20,000 bases of DNA from Dirinaria sp. TL-2023a (Eukaryota), in assembly GCA_051941275.1 (NCBI GenBank), contig JAVEBF010000003.1, positions 57,125 through 77,124 of the forward strand, in the 5' to 3' direction. A program made the position numbers and the translations under genes. Positions 11,238 through 19,980 of this stretch are shown piece by piece. The stretch's first letter is position 1, and each line of letters starts with the position of its first letter. Under the pieces are notes generated by a model. That model ran no database searches, was not told the origin of the DNA, and worked only from the letters and a program-made list of their open reading frames with translations.

Positions 11238-13664
11238 CTAGTCATCGTCGAAGATCTGGTATGTGTTTTGTAAGATTGTGTCAATGACTCGAACTTGCCA
11301 GCCAGCATCTGCAATATTTGGGCCTGTGCTAGAACCCATCAAAGTTGGGCTGTGTGATTTGTCAATAAACAGACTTAACCTAAGGTAGCTTGGGATTGAG
11401 CAATGCAGGGTGACTAACCCAAAGCAAATCGCCAGATTTCCAGCATTCATCCTGTTTGCATTAGAATGTTCTTGTACTCGATTAAGATGCTGTAAAACGG
11501 TCAGTGCAAGCGATTTGAATCCAGCTCCATTTACAAACTAGTATTAATGCACGAAGTGTGGCGTAGTTGGGATCTGGAAGGTTATTGATAATGGCGTGCA
11601 AGGAATCGCGCCGAGTCACATCATCGTCAATTCCTGGCCTTACTGTTATAAAAGGTCCTCTATGAAGGAGGGCCAAGGTGCTTCGGAATGTATGACTTAC
11701 TTGCAGCTTCAATAAAGCTTTGATAATGCTCCCGGGTAAGCAAGGGATCCGGAAGATCTCGAAAGAACTGCTTTAACAAGCCTGCAACACTATTGACATC
11801 ATGATAGAAGTCCTCAGGATTTCGAAAATCTACTTGACTGGAATCTAGCACATTATCAGAATAGGTCTTAGCATCCTCGAGTCATAAAGCCTACCATTGT
11901 CGAATATTGCCCTGAGTTGAGCAACATGAGCCGCAGAACCGGAAAGTCGGTATATGCCTTCAACATCCAAGCCATAGAGATCCACAGCTTGCAAACATTG
12001 ATAGACGACCAATGGAATTGCAGATCCATCCCTTCTTAGTAAGTCATCCAGGGACATACCAAAGACGGGTCTTGACGGTGGAGGTAAGTCAGTAGTAGAA
12101 TGATTAGTGTGAAGCTTGGATGGTGTTGGTGTCGTCGATTGAGGGTACAAGGGCGTAGACGGCTGAGGCGTTGGTAGCTGTGGCAGACTCATCCCTCCCG
12201 AATGCGGAGTATGCTGCAATTGCGGTGGGCTGCTTGGGCTGTCCACGCCTGGCGGTCCAAAGGATGGTGGTGGGCCTGTGGTCTGGCCAAAACCCTGGCC
12301 ATATTGCGGACCAGGTTGAGGTGATCCTGGTATGCCACTTTGCGGCAGAATCTGAGGAGTGGCTGCGGGCTGGGTGCGAGTACTGGCTAGCGTCTAGACG
12401 AAAGTTAGCAAGACCAATTACGTTTGCCTATTGTAAGATGGGAGTTCAATACAGGGTGAGGTTCATAGCGAATATTCGACAGCCGTCTACCGGCCTTCGA
12501 AGCATGACTGGAGATGTAAGCCTTTAGATCTTTCTGGTTGTCAATTTGGTAGACGACGTCTCGTAGACTCCGTGGGCTCTGGGTGCTGCTCTGTCTTTTG
12601 AGAGGGCTGACACAAAGCCCATTACCCAGCAGCAGCTTTTCATTAAAAGATGCTGTCAAATCAGTCAGCGCTTACCACACAAATGCAATTCTTGGCAGTC
12701 TAACCAAATTTTTGCAGTTGCAAAGCTAAACCAGAATCGCACTCATTGATGAGGTCTTGGAGAGCTTTGATCGCTTGGGGTCGCAGAGTGCTGACAAGTT
12801 CATGTCTCTGACTCTTTGCCATCTGGACCTTGTTTGCGTATTCGGAATCAGCAGCTTGTACTTTACGATTCAGGTCTTCCTCATGCTGGGCAGCGGACTT
12901 TGGCCCTTTTAGACCGAAAACTCTACCGGATTGCTTGTCCCCTGTCCGGGCGCGGTCGTAATCTTCGGCAAGCGAGTCGTATTTAGCTTTAGCCTTCTCC
13001 ATCATGGATTCTGCATCCTGCACCCTCTTCTCTGCACTCAAGCCATTTTGCTTCCAGTGCTTGCGACCCCGCTCCATATTCGCTGCGAGATCGTGCAAAT
13101 CCTCATGCATTTGGTTCAAGTACAAGGCGAATTGGACGCCGTTATCGGCCATTCTATCGTGGATACGAATAACCTCATCGTAACTCTGTGCGTAAGAGCC
13201 TTGCCGATTGTCGGGCCGCCTTGCGGCCTCATGGCTGCTTCGGCAAAGCTTTTTTAGACCCTGCGCATGCTCTTCCTCGAGGGTGGATCGCTTCTTTAGA
13301 AAGACAGCAAACTCCTTGTTTCAAGTAAGCATCGGGAAATCTAGAGCTGAACGATCCAATACTGGGGGCCGTACTCGAGCCGAAGCGACACTTTGCTTTA
13401 GGCGTGTGAGCAGTGTGTTGATACCTATCTAAAGGTCATCAGCAGCTGTTATCATGAAATGCTTCGGCCTGAGCCTACATCAGATTGAAGAACATTGTCC
13501 ACTTCCGGAAAAGTGTCATTTGCTGCCGCAGAGAAATGCTGCACTTTCGGGCTTTCTCCACCAGGGACTGAACCGTTTCTGCCATTCGTTGCTGGACTAT
13601 CGGTGGTAGTGGGGTCGATAGCGATTTCCGAAGAAGATCGATCGAGCGAGTCTCTACCCTCCAT
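11238..13664 (-). CDS. RGD1: F-BAR(FCH) + RhoGAP protein, Rgd1/Rga7 family, ~656 aa
   Basis: Exons (minus) 13664-13479, 13428-13375, 13314-12705, 12652-12453, 12393-11895, 11844-11701, 11633-11539, 11489-11419, 11349-11238; phases consistent. F-BAR motifs [15 protein letters not shown] and [16 protein letters not shown]; proline-rich linker; RhoGAP motifs [16 protein letters not shown] (arginine finger), [32 protein letters not shown]. Confidence 0.93.
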
Positions 13665-13851
13665 TTCGTCGATTACTAGCTTAGTCAAAAGTACACACGT
13701 AGGTACTGTAGAATAACGAGTATAAGGTAAATCGGGCACAGGAGCTTGGTGCCGTATGGGTAATTCGGTAAGGTACGGTATGGTAATAATGATGCGTTAC
13801 ATAAGTAAGTAAGGTAATGTACCTAAGGTAACCTACCTCGCCTACGGAGTA

Positions 13852-13878
13852 CCTACCTTACCTTACCTTACCTTACCC
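13852..13878. repeat. Pentanucleotide repeat (CCTTA)~4-5 within a GGTAA/TACCT-rich patch between divergent genes
   Basis: CCTACCTTACCTTACCTTACCTTACCC read directly; GGTAA-type words also cluster at 13760-13835. Confidence 0.85.
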
Positions 13879-14361
13879 TACGGCTTTTGTCCTGCGGGTA
13901 CCGGGCTGCCTATCAGAGTCTACACAGTGCTTCCAACAAAAATAATGTCGAGATAATTGAACGACTGCTAGTGAGCTCAATTATCCATGCTTCTAACGTT
14001 CACTGATATCTCTTTGCTCAAGTTAATCATGGTTTGTTCATATTTACCAGCTTTGGAGTCGCGTAGCAAAACCGAACGTTTTTTTGGGTCGAGGATTCAC
14101 ATCGTATTGTCGCCACATGGTCATGGCTTCTCCCCTTGTCCTTCCCGACTCAGAGTTGCCGGGTAAGTGTACCCTCAACCATGGTATGGGCGTGCAATCA
14201 GGCGTCGTTGGCTGCTCTTGCTCAGCAAATGGGCCAAGAGTATTATTACTTTCATCGTTACGCTATGGCTTGCTGGCTTGTCAGATTTCCTCCACAAATC
14301 GCCTTCTTCACTTTCTATCTTAGTCCAGCGTGTTTGGCATTATCGCTATACCACAGCCCTC

Positions 14362-15712
14362 ATGAGGAAATTTGGTGGCCTCCTGCGCCGTCGCACTTCA
14401 AAGATAGTCTTATTCATATCATTTGTTTCCTTGCTGCAGTGCATTATACCCCAGGCGCCACGGGGCCTCAAAAAAGCGCCAACCGACTTTTCAAACTTGA
14501 CAGGCCCAACGACATGGTCTTCATTGTATGCACTGCCCAAACAAACATTCCGAGACTGGACAGGATCATTCCGCCGCGACATCGATGAGCGCTATTTCTT
14601 TGTGCGTGAATTGGGCAGTGGTGCTGAGGGCAATGTCAAATTATACAATGATACCTACATCAATCGTGCTGTTGCCATCAAGGCCTTCCACTCTCATCAA
14701 CGCAACACCTTACCAAAGCAACTTGCCCAACTAGTCCAGTCATCGCTAGTGAGCTCTTGGCCAGTAGAGATTCCGGCTACAATATTGCTTGCCGGTTCTA
14801 GATTAGAGTTCTACGACGAAAATTTGTTTTCGAAACACAGACCCTTGGGCGCCAGGTTAAACACAGTACCAGCTCTCGATTACTTTCTCATTCCGACTGG
14901 ATCACTTCGCTCTAGTCCTTGGGAATGGCAACTTGTTACGCCCTACCTAGGCTCAGGCAGTGGTGATGGCCAGGGGACTTTGACAGATCTGGCGGAGCAC
15001 TTGAATAGAGAGCATAGACGCTCGGTCGAACTTGATGGCACGCTGAGACCGGGTCTGCACCGCTTGCTGGGATCGCTCGCTCGTCTACACAAGAAAGGAT
15101 TCGCATGTAACCTTTCTAAAAAAAAGCTTGTACGCAAACATCTAACACTCCTAGTGCCACAATGATATCAAACCAGACAATGTTTACGTTCAGAGAGCTG
15201 GGAACTGGCTTCTTGGCGATTTGGTATGATGGTAATGTATAAAAGTCCATGACCTTCTGTACTAAACTTGCTCCTAGGGCAATGTCAGGGAGATAGGCCA
15301 TTCGTACTACCAAACACAGCAGTGGAACCTCGAGGGCCAGTGGTCGAATTGTATCTACAATGATGTCCGCCGAGCAATAATATCGTATCTTACTCTGATA
15401 CGGCGAGCATCTGCAGACCGCGAAGAATTCGACGTCCAGTTCTTCTGCGGAGACTCGCCCTTGAGCACGCTCTACTGGGATTTCGTGCGTGACCCAACTT
15501 CAGCTATGGAGTTGCATAACAAGCTTGAACGAGCAAAGTTCGATGTGGCGCAGAAAAATGCATCGTACTGCCGCGATAGTTTATCTGCTCCCTTAATGAT
15601 TCGCCTAACAGGCCTTCGCAAGCTTATCCTTGCTCATTACATGCAATCGGTGCTTCGTTGGAGCACCCATCCTCCAAGATTGAGATTTCGGCTAAACCGT
15701 TGGGGCATCTGA
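14362..15712 (+). CDS. Atypical (non-RD) protein kinase-like protein with N-terminal hydrophobic segment, ~414 aa from the first in-frame ATG; start uncertain
   Basis: Exons 14362-15102, 15155-15223, 15278-15712. Motifs LGSGAEG.V (14611-14637), VAIK (14671-14682), LHKKGF|CHNDIKPDN, LLGDL|G. The frame is open back to 14167. A possible upstream exon 14123-14162 (MASPLVLPDSELP, donor GTAAGT) could join in frame at the AG ending 14284 or 14323. Confidence 0.8.
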
Positions 15713-15960
15713 CACCTCTGGCACTGATATTGGCCTTTAGTCTCGCAGATGAACATGTACATAAGCCAGTCTTTGCAAAGCAAACCGAGAAATATATTTA
15801 CGGAGCTGATTGATATGCATTACACTGATGTATTCCATGAAATGCGCACTTAATGCACTTCGCAGTTGCTCTACTCCTTCCACGCAAGCGATGCCACCTT
15901 CCTTGCACCGTAACCAGCAGTACGGATTTTGGTAACAGCTACCTCACTGCCGATCGCACT

Positions 15961-16755
15961 TTACGTCAATGGAGCTGGTGCGATAATGTAACTCGGGTAT
16001 CCCACATTCACCGCCGCTCCATTCTTACTTCCGCTAGGGAGAGCTTTGATGTTCACAGCCATAAGGTTCGATACGCCAAAGTCAAAGAAAGTCGGTTGCG
16101 TGACACAAATATCTAGCATGCCTCCGTAAATGCCTTCTTTGCATCTATTCTTTTGGGGCACTGGTGCGCTACCGTTGTATGGCGGCAAATAGTACCCAAT
16201 TGCACATCCAGATCCACCCAACGTAGACCAGACCCATTTGGCTTTAGGAGAATACTTGCTGGTCATTTTGTTACAGATGTCAGCAACAGTGACCCTGCAG
16301 CTATTACTGTTGATAGCAGCTTGGGTACTCGTGGAATTAATACACTGGACACCATATGGCGCCGGATCCTCGGTTGGGTAGACGTAACTATAATCATAGC
16401 TCAAGCCGTCCATACTATCGAGGTCCGCTGTTGAGTTCAAGCTTGTATCGCAAGTGGGAGGTGTGTACCCATCCTGGACCTTAGGTCCACAGGGGTCAGA
16501 CGAAGCGGGCGCGTACTCGCTGTAGCTGCCGGTTGGCCCAAGGTCCGCAAAGTTGTCGGTCAAGGTCTGGGTCTGGTTGACGGTCTTGCTGCCGCTGATA
16601 TATTCGTAAACTATCGTCGCGACCGAAGAAGCAACGTCTGGCTTTGGTGTTGCGGCAGCGGGCTGGCGGGGTTGAATAGCAGGGGAGGTGACTGGAGGAA
16701 AGGCTCTGACCAGGCCTATGATAGATGGAAGCAAAAAACCCAGCACTAGAAGCAT
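15961..16755 (-). CDS. Secreted cysteine-containing protein of unknown function, 264 aa, single exon
   Basis: Uninterrupted ATG..TAA ORF; signal-peptide-like MLLVLGFLLPSIIGLVRA; P/S/T-rich N-half; 8 Cys, six of them in a compact C-terminal domain; no family recognised. Confidence 0.8.
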   Translation of the reverse strand: MLLVLGFLLPSIIGLVRAFPPVTSPAIQPRQPAAATPKPDVASSVATIVYEYISGSKTVNQTQTLTDNFADLGPTGSYSEYAPASSDPCGPKVQDGYTPPTCDTSLNSTADLDSMDGLSYDYSYVYPTEDPAPYGVQCINSTSTQAAINSNSCRVTVADICNKMTSKYSPKAKWVWSTLGGSGCAIGYYLPPYNGSAPVPQKNRCKEGIYGGMLDICVTQPTFFDFGVSNLMAVNIKALPSGSKNGAAVNVGYPSYIIAPAPLT

Positions 16756-17495
16756 GATGTAAGGAATAAAGTTGTCTGACTGAGATCTCGGACCTTCGAC
16801 TAAGCTACCTCGAGATATGCGAGATCAGAATAAAAACATCTGGGATACCTGATAAAAGTTGAAGGAAATAGATATAGTATGGGCGGATGTGGCGCGAGTA
16901 GGAAAGAAGCGAACAACCCGAGATAGGTATGCGCTGATGCGAATAAAGCGCTGTGCCGAAGAAACCCTGCTCTACCGTCCCGTTGCCAGAAATAGAGGAT
17001 GTTGAGCATGACAAGCTCGTAGGCGCTAATAGCTTGCTACGGTAAATGGTATCTTTCTGGGCGAGATGAGATTGAATACGCGGAGATCGCCAGAGAGTGA
17101 GGAACCTTGATCATAGCTCACTAGGTTTTCCCTATGCCACTACACAAAACAAGCGCAGGCGAGAGAATCAAGATGATACGCGGTTCGATAAAGCACATGA
17201 TCGATCGCAAAACGAAGAATTGAAAGAGAAAAAGTGTGGAGATGAATCTCGTGTTGAAAGGCCGTTACTCCTTCCAAGCTCCCGATATACGAGCCGTTAC
17301 CTCCATATGTATGGATACTCTGGCTATCCTGGGACCAAAGATTAGAAACTTCGACGGGAAAATTTATAGATGTTATCAGCATGCTCATTGAACTGTACCA
17401 TGGGCGATCGTCTTCGCAAAACGGCTGTCCTTGATACTACTGTTGTAATTGTTATTAGGTATGCGATTTCTTCAAGGGGGCCTCTAATCGTACAT

Positions 17496-17599
17496 TAGGG
17501 GTATTCAGATTAGGATTTTTGAAAATCCTGGAAGACCTGGAAGACCTGGAATCTTGGCATGAAAATCCACTAAAACTGCCAAGATTCCAGCTCTTCCAG
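17496..17599. mobile_element. Probable DNA-transposon terminus (hAT-like end or Helitron-like 3' end) with subterminal hairpins and repeats
   Basis: Begins TAGGGGTATTC; hairpin AGGATTTT-TG-AAAATCCT (17512-17529); CCTGGAAGA direct repeats (17527-17552); 23-bp inverted repeat 17537-17559 / 17577-17599 with one mismatch. Confidence 0.55.
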
Positions 17600-18346
17600 T
17601 GGCAAAATAAAACAGCTTTTTTTCTTGACATTAGGCCATTTTATCACCCTCTTTCACCTCCTGTTATGCTAGTAAGAAGTTCCTTATGGAAATCAAGTAC
17701 TAGCTAGGTTATGTGGCAATGTGCAACAGTATGGGAAACAAGAAGTCTATGGCTATCAAGACTAATTACTGAGGAACTCAAGTCCTCGGGATGAGAATGG
17801 CCTCTTTATTCTATACGACCCCGCAATCACTTGGCAGTATTGCGGATATATTGTACTGAAGCCTACGCAGCGCTTATAGAGCGATGACATCAAACCATCT
17901 AGAAGTTTCCGAGTATCCGCTTGGGTTCTACTGACCCCAGAGAACCTTGGGAAAGCTTCCACCCATCTCACGTAATAAGTCACTAGGCCGTAAGGGTCAA
18001 AGTATCATGACAAGAAATAACATCGTTGATGACCTTGGAATTTTCAAACAGAACTGATGTATCGTAAACGTCTCGCAAGACTTGCTACGCTTCAAGCGGC
18101 CACACATGCAGTTTGAAGTCCACCTCTTGACGTCGTCGTACTGAGCTATCTTCAATACTTCGGTATTTGTGGTTTCAGAGATATCAAAAAAGCCTTTCTT
18201 CAAATAATCGTCCTTCAACAATTGTTTCTAATCAGGCTATTCGCTTGTGAGGGTTGCTCTTAGGAAAGAAACAGTTTTTGCTCGGCCAGGAATGAAAGAG
18301 AAGACGGATGGACCGATTTCGAATCTCAAAGTCGCAGAGCGATTGA

Positions 18347-18745
18347 TGTGAGCGTAATTGTAGCTGTAAACACCGGATTAGATACTGCTGCGCGCTGTCA
18401 AAGAAGATCGAGGAGATATCGTATCATGATGAGAGCAGAAACAATTTCGAGCGACCAGCTATTCTCAGAAGATTCGAGAAGATCGGAATGCAGCAGTGAG
18501 ACGCAGTCGCGCTCTCAAACACTGACTGATTGCATACTGTAGAAGTGAATCAAAGTTCGAGATAAGATTTAAGATAAGGTTTAAGATAGGAACTGAGATA
18601 AGCTACACGAAAAGAAACGATTCTTGCTAGACTCAACCTGAACCAGTGCTAGTGCAGTATTCTACGATATCTTTCAGATTTAGTCTCTCAGATTCATTGA
18701 GTCAAGTTTATTCGTTTTTTCCTCGTAGCGATGAGCGAACTCACA
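18347..18745. mobile_element. Solo LTR (399 bp), heavily mutated
   Basis: Starts TGTGAG and ends CTCACA (TG..CA, 6-bp terminal inverted repeat); flanked by ATTGA (18342-18346) and ATCGA (18746-18750), i.e. a 5-bp TSD with one C/T difference; lies in a CC/GG-depleted block. Confidence 0.7.
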
Positions 18746-19903
18746 ATCGAAATATAGTCCTACAGAGCGAAATCTCACTTCTTTATTTCTTCTCCAGATT
18801 ACTCAAGACAATCATCTCTAGATCTCGTAGTAGAAAGATAGAAGGAGACTTTAGAACAAACTTCAGTCAGATGCTCATGAAACTCGACATTATGTTACTG
18901 TCGTTCACGAGCTATCAATCAGCGTTCTGATTCTCAGAGCGTCAGCACAAAACGGAGTTTCTGATTCATAAGCCACGGTCATGACTTTCTGTTTTGTTTT
19001 CGTGCTATCACCACACTGAAATTGACCTGTAAAGCGCAGGAGCAACAGTCATTGAGATAAATTGTTGCGCTACGATCGCCATTTACGGCTGATCTCCTTC
19101 GAGAGAAAGGCTTCGTTTGATGCTAGCATCACAAGTTTTGATAAAAGAAGTCTCGTCAAGGACAGCCGTACACTAACGCAAGACTTTAGTATTCCAACGC
19201 ACTCCTACTCCCTTACCTCTCGCACCGTACCTTTATAGCTCGTTCTTACACGCCGACGAATCGAGGTTGCTCGGCGTCGCATAACCTGTGGTAAAGAGAA
19301 GGAAACATACGTCCATGATCAAGCAAAGCAGCGTTGGTGCATGTGGGGGGAAGACTCTACGGACCTGGTACCACGGTTCTAGCCAATGCGGCTTCGGCGA
19401 ATACCCCTAGAGAAGCTCTACAAACCCAGTCGACCCTTGGACCTACTCGATGTTCAGGCACACCAGAAGCTAATGGCAGCTTCTGAACGAGAGTAAAGAT
19501 TGCATACATGTTACAATTTCAACTGTGCGCTATGCGCAATATGGGATGCACTTGAGACAGGAGTACACTTCTCATTACCGCTTCAATACAGCTTCTTTAA
19601 TAGAATCCTTAGAAACCAACACTAGTTAACAAGGATTCTCATACTGTCATTTCCTTGACCTATTAAGCCAACCACTGCGCGCTGCGATAGTGTTTAATGC
19701 TACCGTGCCATTTCATAACGACATGTCTCAATTTTTTCTCTCCTCATTAAAGTGACTATCCATGATTCAGACCATACACGTAAATATCAAGCTCAAGCTT
19801 GGCTGCTTGATAATCGCAGAGAGTTGGCGTGAAGTGTATTGTATTCACACCTGAGTCTTAGGTTGACTCATAAAGTATATGTTAGAAATTAGAAAGAATC
19901 AAC

Positions 19904-19980
19904 TCGGGTTTGGCCGAATGGTAATGGTGCATAAGCCTTCGGGCACAAGTGCGAGTGAGTTCGATTCTCACGGCCCACAC
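19904..19980 (+). ncRNA. tRNA-like Pol III element (tRNA-derived SINE head, ncRNA or pseudo-tRNA) without a canonical anticodon arm
   Basis: A-box TGGCCGAATGG (19911-19921); T-arm GTGAG-TTCGATT-CTCAC (19955-19971) containing the B-box; partial acceptor stem GGGTT/GGCCC; central GCC-TTCG-GGC hairpin; poly-T directly downstream. Confidence 0.65.

Noticed and set aside
1..16755. Functional gene cluster (biosynthetic or otherwise)
   Set aside because: The genes have unrelated functions (transporters, stress protein, RNA-binding protein, RhoGAP); there is no backbone enzyme or pathway coherence.
18561..18590. Degenerate interstitial telomeric repeat (a hypothetical pre-mutation form could be GGGTA/GGGTTTA-like)
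   Set aside because: Requires many assumed reversions; only 2.5 units and inside an LTR, where short tandem repeats are common.
18346..18930. ORFs 18348-18542 and 18646-18930
   Set aside because: S/R/I/E-biased by-products of the mutated repeat composition; they lie within or cross the LTR boundary.
19904..19980. Canonical functional tRNA gene
   Set aside because: No 5-bp anticodon stem with a 7-nt loop and U33, and the acceptor stem has only 5 pairs; no isotype can be assigned.
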